Notes: generated from the letters alone by a model not told the origin. Positions 36,913 through 46,883 are shown, numbered from the stretch's first letter. The stretch is 64,000 nucleotides of DNA from Prevotellaceae bacterium (GCA_031271815.1 JAISVA010000033.1:121234-185233), one strand, 5' to 3'. Translations and numbers: made by a program.

Positions 36913-39585
36913 TTACCGCCCGGTCTCTTTAATCATCCTCTTCATTTCGCGATTGAAATTTTCCTGTTCCAGCAGTTCTTCCAATGTTATGTGCATCCGG
37001 TATTTCCACCGGTTATCCGGATCGGAAGGGTCGTTTATGCGTTCGTCGGAGATTTTTCCCCACCACAACTTCTCCTCCATTGAAATCCAATCCTGGAAAG
37101 GGAGGATTACCCACATGGCAGGGGAATGAAGATGCTTTTCGATAATCTCCCGGCAAATCCACGGCTCGCCGAAGCGTGGTGCGGGACCGTATTCGTGCAG
37201 CACATTGTTGAAATATCGCTGTGTGCGCTGCGGGTTTTCTTCCCACCAGCCGCGTATGGGAGACATGTCGTGTGTGGACGTGGCGCAGACAGACAGATAC
37301 GGGATTGTTTCCAGTTCCTCGAATTCAACGCCCGGTTGTTTCGGCATTCGTTCTATTTCAAGGCTCAGGATTTCGAGTTGCGACATCACATCGGGTACGC
37401 ATTGAGGAATCATTCCCAGATCTTCGCCGCACACCAGCATGTTGGTTGAGCGGATCAGCGGAGGCAGTTTCTGCATCGCCTGCTCTTTCCAGAAATCGTT
37501 GTGGCGCGAGTAGTAATAATTGACGTAAAGGTTGTTGAGCGCCTCTTTGGTAGCAGTGTTTAACGTTTGAAATGTCAAGCTGTGCTGTACGGTGATTCGC
37601 GGATGGTATTTCGACTTTTCTTTTATGTCCGGGATAAATAATACCTCGCAGACTAACGACATCAATCCGTCTCTCACCGTAATTTCTTCCTGACTGGATG
37701 CACCTGCGAAAAGCTGTTCGATTTTCCGTTGCGTATCAACTTCCTTTTTCAGTTGGAAACGAGTCTCGCCGAGCGGCTTCAGGTATTTTTTTCTGACGCT
37801 TTCTTTGTATGCTCCAAATAGTGTATCTAAATGCTCTTCAATAATATACGGGTTGCAGAATTCTTTTTCATTAAAATCAATGCCGAATTTTTTTATTTCT
37901 TCGACCGAGAGCGGAAGGGCGGGAGAGAATTGCCCCAGCACTCCCCAAACCTGTTCGGACGGAATACGGAAAATGCGGAAAAAACCCAGAATATGATCAA
38001 TCCGGTATGCGTCAAAATATTGCGCCATATTTTGAAAACGCAATGTCCACCATTTATAATTGTCTTCTGCCATTTCGTCCCAATTGTAGGTAGGGAATCC
38101 CCAATTTTGACCGGTGTTGGAGAAGTCGTCGGGCGGCGCACCGGTCTGTCCCGTACGGTCAAACAAACGTGGTTTCGTCCACGTTTCCACGCTACAGCGG
38201 TTTACGCCGATTGGGATGTCGCCCTTCAATGCGATTCCCTTTTCGTGGGCGTAAGCGGTTACTTCCGACAGTTGCTTATGCAGGTGAAACTGTACGAAAA
38301 AATGAATTGCAACAGAATCATATTCCTTGCTTCCCGGATCGCAGTAGGCTGCAACTCTTTCGGGTTGAAAGGTGGCATCTTCTTCCCACAGTGAAAAGTC
38401 GATGGATTGGTATTTATCGCGTAGAAAACAGAAAACTGCGTATGGTTGTAGCCAATTTTTGTTTTCCTCGTAAAAAAGCCGGTATGCCTCGCTTTTGAAC
38501 GTTTTGCTTTTTTCTTTTTTAAACAATTTGGCGATAAAGGTCCATTTGTGTTGGTTTACCGTTTCGTATTCGACAAATTCGGATGCGTTGAGTTCTCTTC
38601 GCAACGTTTCGTATTGTTCGATATCGTCGATTTTTCCTGCCTTTTCGAGGTTTAAAAACATGGGATGAAGGGCATAGACCGAGATTGCATTGTATGGGTA
38701 CGAATCTTTCCATTTGCCGAAAGTCGTAGTGTCATTAACCGGCAGCATTTGAATCATTTTTTGTCCGGTTTTCGCTGCCCAGTCGATCATTAATTTCAGG
38801 TCTTCAAACTCTCCGGTTCCAAATCCCTTTTCCGAACGGAGCGAAAAAACGGGAATATTAACGCCGGCTCCTTTAAATGCCGGAATGTTGAACTCCGGAA
38901 TGTGGTCATTTATGATAATCAGGTCGGTCGAGAGCGATTCTGTTGGATTCAGGTACCGGTTGCGACCTTCTTCCCACCGGATGACGGTTTCGTTTTTCTT
39001 GTCTAAAATAACGTACTTGTATTCGATGGGAAAAAACAGCTTATGGGCATCGCATACGAGATAAAATTCGGGAAATGCGCCACCGTTCATTTCTTTCATG
39101 TCGGCTTCCGTCCATTTTCCCAGAAAAGTATCGCTGCCGCTGATTGCCAGTACATGTTCATTGCTGACTTGCGGATAGGAAGTATTGAAAATAACCGGAA
39201 CGTTAACTCCTTTCAAATCTTTTTCTACATAAGCGTGCGCCATAATGCTTTTGGAAAAAACGGCGGAGAGCATCGCTTTTGAAAACGGATTTTTTTCTGT
39301 GAAATAGTCATAAATCCGTATCTCCTTGTAATTCAATACCGGAATATTGAAAGAGTGGGAGAGGGGCGCTTCTTTTCGCGTAATTGTTCCTCCTTTTTTA
39401 ACAAGATAGGAGTACTCAAACTTGTTTTCCTGTGTTTGGATGGTTATTTCCCAGCCGTTTTTTGTATATGTTAAGGGAACAGCGCGTTCTTCGGTTAATC
39501 CTAATTCGCGAATATTACCGTAGATAAACAGCTCTTCTCCGAAAGTAGACTCGTATGAGAGTGTGAATGTGATCAAAGCCATAGT
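36913..39585 (-). CDS. malQ: 4-alpha-glucanotransferase (amylomaltase, GH77) with N-terminal CBM20 starch-binding modules
   Basis: The ORF track extends to 39708, but the likely start is the Met of MALITFTLSYE at about 39585. CBM20-like N-terminus (FGEELFIYGNIRELG...WE). GH77 catalytic motifs (GDIPIGV, DHILGFFRI, CGEDLGMIP). Confidence 0.85.
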   Translation of the reverse strand, partial: TMALITFTLSYESTFGEELFIYGNIRELGLTEERAVPLTYTKNGWEITIQTQENKFEYSYLVKKGGTITRKEAPLSHSFNIPVLNYKEIRIYDYFTEKNPFSKAMLSAVFSKSIMAHAYVEKDLKGVNVPVIFNTSYPQVSNEHVLAISGSDTFLGKWTEADMKEMNGGAFPEFYLVCDAHKLFFPIEYKYVILDKKNETVIRWEEGRNRYLNPTESLSTDLIIINDHIPEFNIPAFKGAGVNIPVFSLRSEKGFGTGEFEDLKLMIDWAAKTGQKMIQMLPVNDTTTFGKWKDSYPYNAISVYALHPMFLNLEKAGKIDDIEQYETLRRELNASEFVEYETVNQHKWTFIAKLFKKEKSKTFKSEAYRLFYEENKNWLQPYAVFCFLRDKYQSIDFSLWEEDATFQPERVAAYCDPGSKEYDSVAIHFFVQFHLHKQLSEVTAYAHEKGIALKGDIPIGVNRCSVETWTKPRLFDRTGQTGAPPDDFSNTGQNWGFPTYNWDEMAEDNYKWWTLRFQNMAQYFDAYRIDHILGFFRIFRIPSEQVWGVLGQFSPALPLSVEEIKKFGIDFNEKEFCNPYIIEEHLDTLFGAYKESVRKKYLKPLGETRFQLKKEVDTQRKIEQLFAGASSQEEITVRDGLMSLVCEVLFIPDIKEKSKYHPRITVQHSLTFQTLNTATKEALNNLYVNYYYSRHNDFWKEQAMQKLPPLIRSTNMLVCGEDLGMIPQCVPDVMSQLEILSLEIERMPKQPGVEFEELETIPYLSVCATSTHDMSPIRGWWEENPQRTQRYFNNVLHEYGPAPRFGEPWICREIIEKHLHSPAMWVILPFQDWISMEEKLWWGKISDERINDPSDPDNRWKYRMHITLEELLEQENFNREMKRMIKETGR

Positions 39586-39840
39586 TATATTGTTTATTGA
39601 AACTCCAAAAGTAGAAAAAAATAATGAATATTTGATGACTTTTGTGCTTAAAACTCGTAATAAGCATAACGTGGCAGCAAACCGGACAAACAAAAGAGAC
39701 TGTCTCAAAAGTCTTTTTGAACGCAGATGGCACGGATAACACAGATGAACACTGATTTTTATATTGCTGATAATTCATTTAAGTTGCTATTTAAATATCT
39801 CAAAATAATTTCTATTTTGAAGTCCTCCGGACTAACAGTT

Positions 39841-40010
39841 GGATAACCCCTCGCAAGCTAAGCGCAGCTCCGGGTAGAGCGAGAATAGAAACGGTCTACC
39901 CTTCCAATCTACCCCGTAGCGGGTTGAACTTTTTCGGAGTCGGGAAAGAGATAGCCGTTGCTCATCCGCCGAGCTGCGCTCCGCTTGCACGGGGTTATTC
40001 ACATGTTGCC
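39841..40010. other. 170-bp palindromic element with ~33-bp closing stem (candidate structured RNA or MITE-like element)
   Basis: 5' arm ggataacccctcgcaagctaagcgcagctccgg pairs with 3' arm ccgagctgcgctccgcttgcacggggttattc. An internal hairpin gggtaga…tctaccc is also present. Lies between the malQ start and the stop of the signaling-domain protein gene. The 69-aa ORF called here is likely spurious. Confidence 0.4.
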
Positions 40011-40211
40011 CTCCGGGCTGTCTGTATACGAAGAGCAGCAAGGAAATTCATAAAGATTGAAACTCTATTTTAAACTACAGCCAATCCTTATTCATTTTTA
40101 TTTCTGTGAAAATCCGTGTTATCCGCATCATCCGCGTTCTTGTAAGACAGCGACAGCCCCTTAAAAGATGTTGTTTGCTTAGTAATGAAGTCTAATTGAT
40201 TTATGAATTTG

Positions 40212-41981
40212 TTAAAAACGAATACCGGCGGTAAACCCAATCCATGCATCTAACTTTACATCATCTCCGGTTGTATTCCAAATGCTGTAAGGTGCTTTGA
40301 AATCGGAATTCAAATCCGTATCCATTATTAACAGATTCAGCGTAGGGCCGGCATATATTTTGAAATGTCCGGCAAATTTGTAATTGATGGTTGGTCTGAG
40401 TTGAGTTAAGCCGGCGTAGTTATAATCATCCCATTCCCTGAAATCGCCGTCGTCCGAATCACTCCAATTGCCGAAATTCTTGTTATATAGATTGTAGTGA
40501 ATGCCCTCAATGTTGAGTCTCCATCTGTTTTTCAGCGTAATTTCGGTTCCCAGACCAAATCCTGTTGCAAAAACGTTGTCCGAAAAATTGTATCCAGCGG
40601 TTATGATGCTGTATAATTTTTGTGTTCCCGAACGGAAAGAGAGCATCGCATGCAGGCTTTCGCTTCCGCCGGCTTCCACTTCCATCAAACCGCCTTTCTT
40701 GACAATGTTTATTACGCCGAGGGAAATCCCGTCTGCCGTATCGCGCACGTTTACAACCCCCAGCTGGAAGCCTCCCTTCCGGGTTATGTTGATTGTGGAT
40801 AGCTGCAGGGAAGATGAATTTGCCAGGTTTATGACACCGCTGATTTGCGCGCATGCAGTATCGGCTGCATTGACAATCCCGGCGATTTGCGCGTTATTTT
40901 TTTTACTTACATTGGCAACTCCGGCAATTTGTATGATTGCAGCATCGGCTAAGTTGAAAACTCCGACGATTTGCGCGGGCGATTTTTCAGTCCTGTTTAT
41001 CACTCCGCCGATTTGCGTTGAGACGCCGTTCAGCGTGAAGTTATATACGCCTGCGATTTGCACATTCCGGCTCTGCTCGTTGTTGCCGAGTGTTCCCGTG
41101 TGATTCATAACACCGGCTAACTGTACGCCTTCCGAACTGTATTTGTTGATGTTGAAGACCGATGCCAATTCAAATCCGGATACTTTTCCTGTTCTTCCGC
41201 CGATCACATTAAAAGAGGTGTTGTATTCATAATCGGCAGAGTTTATTCCGTCCGTTCCGACCGGATAAATAAAGGATACCTGAGCGGCTCTTTTTCCTTT
41301 GATGTCGGTTTCAACTACTGTTCTTGTTTCTTCTTTTTTTTGATTTGCCAAACTTTCCATGTTTACCTGGTTCATCGGACTTTCCGTTTTGCTGGTTTTT
41401 GTTTGTGCTGAAATCTGACTGCCGGCTATCGTTGCACTCAATGCTAATAATGCTAATTTCTTATTCATTTCTTCTTCATTTATTAATGTTATAACTCTAT
41501 GACAACTGTCAAGAATAATACCACTATTCAAAAATGAATTTTTTAAACAAAGAAATACTTCTGTACTGTCTATCAGTCGAATACTGTCCGGATTATTTTT
41601 GATAAAGGAAGAGTTGCCCGGTTGGTCCTGAACGTTTTCAGGGATGTCCGTATGCAGAGGCGCTGTTTTTTTTTTCGGCTCGCGTACGGAAAGTATGATG
41701 TATTTCCCTACCAGTTTGAACGAAACGGATGCAGGGAGGATAAGCGGAAGCACCTTGCTCAGTTCCCGGTTTTCTACGCGGATGGATATTTTCCGGTTCT
41801 CGTTTATTTGCTGCGAGTTGTATGAGAATCGAATGCCTGTCTGTTGGGTAATTAATGTAAACGCATCGGATAGCGGTTTTTGATGCAGGTCAAGTGAAAC
41901 GGATTGCCTTAATCCTGAATGTTGTGCACAAAGTGATTGAAGCAATAAAAACAGAAAGGGAAAAACAATATTTTTTTTCAT
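40212..41981 (-). CDS. STN-domain (secretin/TonB N-terminal signalling domain) protein fused to a repeat-containing C-terminal beta-barrel (589 aa)
   Basis: Signal peptide, then an STN-like domain (LSDAFTLITQQTGIRFSYNSQQ…KYIILSV). Later repeated QIAGVxN/GVxN units. C-terminal amphipathic beta strands ending in F (…AGIRF). In-frame internal MNKKLALLALSATIAGSQISAQ at residue 172. Confidence 0.65.
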   Translation of the reverse strand: MKKNIVFPFLFLLLQSLCAQHSGLRQSVSLDLHQKPLSDAFTLITQQTGIRFSYNSQQINENRKISIRVENRELSKVLPLILPASVSFKLVGKYIILSVREPKKKTAPLHTDIPENVQDQPGNSSFIKNNPDSIRLIDSTEVFLCLKNSFLNSGIILDSCHRVITLINEEEMNKKLALLALSATIAGSQISAQTKTSKTESPMNQVNMESLANQKKEETRTVVETDIKGKRAAQVSFIYPVGTDGINSADYEYNTSFNVIGGRTGKVSGFELASVFNINKYSSEGVQLAGVMNHTGTLGNNEQSRNVQIAGVYNFTLNGVSTQIGGVINRTEKSPAQIVGVFNLADAAIIQIAGVANVSKKNNAQIAGIVNAADTACAQISGVINLANSSSLQLSTINITRKGGFQLGVVNVRDTADGISLGVINIVKKGGLMEVEAGGSESLHAMLSFRSGTQKLYSIITAGYNFSDNVFATGFGLGTEITLKNRWRLNIEGIHYNLYNKNFGNWSDSDDGDFREWDDYNYAGLTQLRPTINYKFAGHFKIYAGPTLNLLIMDTDLNSDFKAPYSIWNTTGDDVKLDAWIGFTAGIRF

Positions 41982-42108
41982 TTTAATTCTTTTCTTGTGT
42001 GTACGGATCTTGTGTGTACGGAGTTTATTTAATTTGTTGGATTTGACTTGTAATCAGGGAAACGTTATCTTACGATTTGTTTCAATAGCTGTTTTGGAAC
42101 TCAAAACA

Positions 42109-42375
42109 CTACTCTGCATAGCAACTCAAAGTTCGATAAATGCGAAAGGCAAGCATTTTATATTTTTTGTTCATAGTGACAAATTGGCACCTTGAACATT
42201 CTGCATCTGCAAATTCAAACATAAAATCTTCATCCTCAAAACGTTCAATATTCTGTCTGATGGCTCTTTTTAGATTTTTCGTTTCAACCTGACACATTTC
42301 GGCTAAATCAAAGTCCAACATCACTTTGTAGCCTTTTAGTTCGTAAATTCTGCTCTGAATGTTCGATAATTCCAT
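42109..42375 (-). CDS. ORF6N domain-containing protein (88 aa, probably truncated)
   Basis: IYELKGYKVMLDFDLAEMCQVETKNLKRAIRQNIERFEDEDF matches the conserved ORF6N/KilA-N-like N-terminal domain pattern. Shorter than typical family members. Confidence 0.55.
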   Translation of the reverse strand: MELSNIQSRIYELKGYKVMLDFDLAEMCQVETKNLKRAIRQNIERFEDEDFMFEFADAECSRCQFVTMNKKYKMLAFRIYRTLSCYAE

Positions 42376-42398
42376 TTTTTTAGTAGAAAGATTGTATT

Positions 42399-43403
42399 TT
42401 AGTAAGAAAACACAAACGTTCCGTCCGTATTTTTGGTTATACGCATTGACAAGGTTTCGGATATGATTGTGAGAATATTCTCAATGCTTTCGTTCGGATC
42501 GAAGCTAACGCTTATTTGCAGGCTGTTCAGCGAGTCGGCATTCGTTTTTATGTCGGCATTATACTGTTCGGAAAGTACTTGGATGACTTCCGACAGCGGG
42601 GTTGCGTTAAACTCAATCGCCTTTGTTCCTCCGGGCAGCGGCGCAATGTGTTTGAAGTGATTTTTGTCAGAGTCGAAAATTCCTTTTTCGGACTGCATGA
42701 CGTGTATGCCGGAATTGTTGGAGGTGTAAAAAACCACCTCTCCTTCGGTTACATTTACCGTGACGGATTCTTCCGGATAGTGGGCGATGACCGTAAACCT
42801 GGTGCCAATGTCTTTGATAAACGTTTCGCCGGCTTGAACCAGCAGCTGTCCGCTTCCGGAAGAATTTATATCAAATGCAGCTTCTCCTTTTTTTAAAATA
42901 ACTTCCTGTTTGTTTTCCGGATTGTAGGCGATTTCGGTTCCTGCAGCGAGGGTAACGAAAACACCATTAAACAGTTCCTGTCGAACCTCCGCTTTCTCTG
43001 CTGTGAGATAAACGTGATTATCCGCTTTTTTGAAAAAGAAGATTGACGCGCCGAGTATCAACAAAATGGATGCGGCAACGGAAATATATGGCGCGAAGCC
43101 ACGAATGCCCGAAGAGAAATTCAGAAACGCCGTTTTGCTCTTTGGCTCCTTCGCGCTTTGGCTCCTTTCATTTACACGACAATATTCTTGAAATGCAGCA
43201 AGGGCTTTTTCGGTGTCTGGTTCCGGCATTGGCCTGGTGAAACCGGCGTATTGGAAGATGGCGGTCATCTCCTCGAAATATTCCTCGTTTTCAGTCGATT
43301 GCGCAAGCCACCTGTCCAGCGCCGAAAGCTCCTCTACGGTAGCCTCTCCGCTGAAATAACGGGATAACAGTATGTCTATTTTTTCGTCCATCTTTTTTAT
43401 CAT
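42399..43403 (-). CDS. FecR family anti-sigma factor (transmembrane sensor)
   Basis: N-terminus LLSRYFSGEATVEELSALDRWL, a single TM helix, and a periplasmic FecR/DUF4974-like beta domain. Immediately downstream of the ECF sigma gene. Confidence 0.8.
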   Translation of the reverse strand: MIKKMDEKIDILLSRYFSGEATVEELSALDRWLAQSTENEEYFEEMTAIFQYAGFTRPMPEPDTEKALAAFQEYCRVNERSQSAKEPKSKTAFLNFSSGIRGFAPYISVAASILLILGASIFFFKKADNHVYLTAEKAEVRQELFNGVFVTLAAGTEIAYNPENKQEVILKKGEAAFDINSSGSGQLLVQAGETFIKDIGTRFTVIAHYPEESVTVNVTEGEVVFYTSNNSGIHVMQSEKGIFDSDKNHFKHIAPLPGGTKAIEFNATPLSEVIQVLSEQYNADIKTNADSLNSLQISVSFDPNESIENILTIISETLSMRITKNTDGTFVFSY

Positions 43404-43415
43404 ACGACTGCCGTT

Positions 43416-44003
43416 TTAAAGTGTAAATAATAAAATAATCAGCACGGTCAGGTAATCCTTCAAGCCGGTTCGCAACGCGCGAAGCGCTTTTACAATCTGC
43501 GTTTCTACCGTATTGGTGGTTATTTCGAGCGTTTTTGCTATTTCGCTGTAAGAGCATTGCTCATGACGGCTCATTTTAAAGACTTCACGGCATCGAGGCG
43601 GCAGGTTTTCGACTATTTTTTCGATTTGCTGCTCCAATTCGGTTGCCATCACCGTATTTTCAACTTCATTGCTTTCTGCCTCCCTGGCATAAACATAATG
43701 CTCATTGTGCTCTGCGCGTATGCCGTATTGCTTGATTTTATTCATACAATCGTTGTGGATCATACGGTATAAATACGATTTTACGGATGTATGTATTTCA
43801 ATGCGCTCGCGTTGATCCCAAAGTTTACAGAAGAGTTTCTGCACCGTATCTTCTGCCTCGTCCGAATTGCGCAGCATGCTGTAAGCATAGTTGCACAGCG
43901 GAGCGTAAAACTGCCTGAACAGCGCTTCGTGTGCTTTATGAACGCCTGATTTTAAATTACTTATGTTTATGTTTGTATCCAATATGCTATTTTTACGGAA
44001 CAC
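43416..44003 (-). CDS. RNA polymerase sigma-70 factor, ECF subfamily
   Basis: Sigma region 2 (FRQFYAPLCNYAYSMLRNSDEAEDTVQKLFCKLW) and region 4 HTH (SYSEIAKTLEITTNTVETQIVKALRALR). About 195 aa. Confidence 0.85.
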   Translation of the reverse strand: MFRKNSILDTNINISNLKSGVHKAHEALFRQFYAPLCNYAYSMLRNSDEAEDTVQKLFCKLWDQRERIEIHTSVKSYLYRMIHNDCMNKIKQYGIRAEHNEHYVYAREAESNEVENTVMATELEQQIEKIVENLPPRCREVFKMSRHEQCSYSEIAKTLEITTNTVETQIVKALRALRTGLKDYLTVLIILLFTL

Positions 44004-44383
44004 AAAGATACGACATCTTTACTAATATGACAAATGAAACAAAAGATGCCATTATCCGGGAAACGACTTATTTTATTGATTTGTGAATCGGGGCGGAAAA
44101 CAAGTTTTCGAAATAACAAAAGTTCCCGTTAGAGACGAAATATGAATAAAAATCCGACATTTTTATCGTTTATTATTCTCAATAAAGTTCCTACACATTA
44201 TCTGCCGGAACTCAGTTTCTGCCAATCTTTATTTCTAACGGGTTAGATCGGTACCGTTGATTTTTACTATTTGCTTCAACAGGATGAACTAAATTTGACG
44301 GTGTACTTTGGGCATTAAAAAGATTTATTCAAATATGTTGGTGTTATTCATTTTCTGAAAATCACGGTTCAAGACAATTTGCA

Positions 44384-44974
44384 TCAATAGTAAATCCAAA
44401 TCAATACCGGTTTCTTACTGTTTTTCAGTTTCATATCAAGGTAAGTCATCGTCTCATCGTCTGTAACCGGGCAGCCGAAGCTCCATCCCATAGGAAGATG
44501 GTCGGGATATATCTCGGTCGCTGAAACGGGTGTGTGCGAATGAAGTACAATGATGCGTTTAAAGGCATTGTTATTGGTTGGTTCCAGTCCGTGCATTTTG
44601 TAGTGCACATTAATGCCATATTGGCTATAAGAACGAATCCCTGTTTTATATTTTCCGAGCGATGTTAAGAGACTCCCCTCCCTGTTGCCGAAAAGAGGCT
44701 GGTCGCCTGTACTCATCGTATCGCCTTTTCCGCATCCGTGAGCGCACAGCGCCTTTCGTTCGATTTCCTTTGCTTTGAAATCATAGATAAACATACGATA
44801 TTTCCCCGAATGGATTTTCATATCTATCAAAATGCAAAAATCAGTGTTACATTCGTTGGCTTTACAGAATGATAACGCTTCTTTCGCTTTTTCGTTTATT
44901 CGTGTTGAATCCTGCGAATAAGCGGTTATTGCATTGATTAAGAGGGGGAAAAATATGAGGAATATTTTTTGCAT
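44384..44974 (-). CDS. murein L,D-transpeptidase catalytic domain family protein (YkuD-like)
   Basis: Signal peptide. HSHTPVSATE…GWSFGCPVT resembles the H…S.GC(V/I) active-site signature of YkuD-type L,D-transpeptidases. Confidence 0.55.
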   Translation of the reverse strand: MQKIFLIFFPLLINAITAYSQDSTRINEKAKEALSFCKANECNTDFCILIDMKIHSGKYRMFIYDFKAKEIERKALCAHGCGKGDTMSTGDQPLFGNREGSLLTSLGKYKTGIRSYSQYGINVHYKMHGLEPTNNNAFKRIIVLHSHTPVSATEIYPDHLPMGWSFGCPVTDDETMTYLDMKLKNSKKPVLIWIYY

Positions 44975-45067
44975 CCTGCACGAATAAAAAAGAATTTTTT
45001 GTTCGAATTATGCTATTACCTTATTTTTGCTTGATTTTTTAACAAAAAAAATTATCTGCTATCCACA

Positions 45068-45116
45068 AAACCTCATTACTTCATTTTTTAATATTTTTAA
45101 TGAAGTAATGAGGTTT
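45068..45116 (-). terminator. hairpin downstream of mmdB (18-bp perfect stem, 13-nt AT loop)
   Basis: aaacctcattacttcatt / ttttaatattttt / aatgaagtaatgaggttt. Lies 65 nt after the mmdB stop. The stem shares the aacctcattacYtcatt motif with the foldback element at 35318. Confidence 0.45.
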
Positions 45117-45180
45117 GTTATAATTTTCTGAGACACCGGGTTCGTTTTTTAGTAGATTCAGGTGAAAATCAGATTTCAAC

Positions 45181-46491
45181 TTATCCTAGCATGCTTAACA
45201 ATATCCCTGCAGCAACAGCCGAACCGATAACCCCTGCTACATTCGGGCCCATCGCGTGCATAAGCAGGAAGTTACCCGGATTTGCCTTTTGTCCTTCCAA
45301 CTGCGAAACGCGTGCAGCCATCGGAACGGCGGAAACTCCGGCCGAACCGATCAACGGGTTAATCTTTTCCTTACTGAACAGGTTCATAAATTTGGCAAGA
45401 AGCACGCCGCCAGCGGTACCTAATCCGAAAGCAACAATACCCATAGCTAAAATTAACAGCGTGTTTGTATTCAGGAAATTATCGGCGGTAGCAGTTGCCC
45501 CTACGGTAATTCCGAGAAATATGGTTACGATGTTCATCAGTTCGTTTTGTACGGTTTTTGCCAAACGTTCAACAACGCCGCATTCGCGCATTAAATTTCC
45601 GAGCATAAGGCAACCGATCAAAGTAGCTGCCGAAGGCAAGAGTAATGCAACGATAATCGTAACCATAATAGGAAAAATGATCTTTTCCGTCTGTGAAACG
45701 GAACGAAGTTGTTTCATTTCTATTTCACGCTCTTTTTGGGTGGTAAGGAGTTTCATAATCGGAGGTTGAATAACCGGAACCAACGCCATATACGAGTAGG
45801 CGGCAACGGCAATCGGGCCCAGCAGGTGAGGCGCCAGCTTGGAAGTCAGATAAATGGCAGTAGGTCCGTCTGCTCCCCCGATGATACCGATAGAGGCTGC
45901 TTCACTTGGTGAAAAGCCAAAGGCATTGGCTGCTAAAAAAGTTACGAAGATTCCTAATTGCGCCGCTGCTCCCAACAGGAGACTTTTAGGATTGGCAATC
46001 AACGGACCGAAGTCGGTCATTGCTCCGACCCCGACAAATATCAGGCAAGGGTAGATACCGAGTTTTACGCCGAGGTAGAGGTAGTCCAGCAATCCGGCTT
46101 TATCTACAAAAATATCCCAGTGGACGTGTCCTCCGGCAAATAATTCTGCGTTAAACATTCCGGCTCCGGGCAGGTTGCTGAGGAGCATACCGAAAGCAAT
46201 CGGGAGCAAAAGCAGCGGTTCAAATTTTTTGACAATTGCGAGGTACAACAGTACGCAGGCTACGACTATCATAAGCAGAAACTTCCAATTGTTTGCGAGT
46301 AAGGCAAATCCGGTACTTTCTCCAAAGTCGATTATGCTTTCGCGAACATCAAGGTCTGCTTCGGGTTGATTTTCGATAATACTAATCTCCGATATTGCAA
46401 TCTCCTCATTGATAGAAGATTGCTGCGCTGATAATGGCATTACAAAACTAAATAGCGCAATGATCAGCAGAGAAAAATAGCTATTTTTCAT
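45181..46491 (-). CDS. mmdB: sodium ion-translocating decarboxylase subunit beta (methylmalonyl-CoA/oxaloacetate decarboxylase beta)
   Basis: Polytopic membrane protein with conserved OadB-family segments ([32 protein letters not shown]). Confidence 0.9.
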   Translation of the reverse strand: MKNSYFSLLIIALFSFVMPLSAQQSSINEEIAISEISIIENQPEADLDVRESIIDFGESTGFALLANNWKFLLMIVVACVLLYLAIVKKFEPLLLLPIAFGMLLSNLPGAGMFNAELFAGGHVHWDIFVDKAGLLDYLYLGVKLGIYPCLIFVGVGAMTDFGPLIANPKSLLLGAAAQLGIFVTFLAANAFGFSPSEAASIGIIGGADGPTAIYLTSKLAPHLLGPIAVAAYSYMALVPVIQPPIMKLLTTQKEREIEMKQLRSVSQTEKIIFPIMVTIIVALLLPSAATLIGCLMLGNLMRECGVVERLAKTVQNELMNIVTIFLGITVGATATADNFLNTNTLLILAMGIVAFGLGTAGGVLLAKFMNLFSKEKINPLIGSAGVSAVPMAARVSQLEGQKANPGNFLLMHAMGPNVAGVIGSAVAAGILLSMLG

Positions 46492-46521
46492 TTTTCTTGT
46501 GTAATTTAATGTGGTTGAATA

Positions 46522-46845
46522 TCAATGCTTTTTTGCATTCCAGGGGGAATATCTGTAATTGATATTTTTGATTGTGATAATATCGCTTTCTTCATCGTGA
46601 ACGTCTGCGTAATAGAGATGCAGAGCCATTGAAATAGCGGCATTTTCGGCTTCGAATACCGCTTCCGAATATTGCTCGTCTTCTTTTTTAGCTCTTGTTC
46701 CTTTTTGCTCTCCGGATAGTTTGTTTGTTACAATTCCGAAAATGTGTAAAAGTCCTATTAACAGACACAGGACAATGAATACAAGGGTGAGTCCCAAAAA
46801 AGTTATAATGAAAGCGTTTGTCCAATTTACGGTAAGTATTAACAT
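46522..46845 (-). CDS. mmdD: OadG-family small membrane subunit of the decarboxylase (delta/gamma-like)
   Basis: 107 aa with a single N-terminal TM helix, positioned between the biotin carrier and beta-subunit genes. Confidence 0.55.
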   Translation of the reverse strand: MLILTVNWTNAFIITFLGLTLVFIVLCLLIGLLHIFGIVTNKLSGEQKGTRAKKEDEQYSEAVFEAENAAISMALHLYYADVHDEESDIITIKNINYRYSPWNAKKH

Positions 46846-46883
46846 GATTTTTTTGTTGTATTAAACGATAAACACAAGAAAAG

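Noticed and set aside
37831-38394. 187-aa plus-strand ORF inside malQ
   Set aside because: Antisense to a well-supported GH77 gene, with no motifs.
39586-39708. N-terminal 41-aa extension of the malQ ORF
   Set aside because: - The conserved CBM20 module begins at MALITFTLSYE.
- The upstream residues are hydrophobic and junk-like (LLFVRFAATLCLL…).
- The shorter start is preferred.
39832-40041. 69-aa minus-strand ORF
   Set aside because: It coincides exactly with the long-stem palindromic element. Its open frame is a by-product of the inverted repeat.
40501-41103. 200-aa plus-strand ORF inside the STN-domain gene
   Set aside because: Antisense shadow ORF with no signal or motif. The minus-strand ORF is continuous with recognisable domains.
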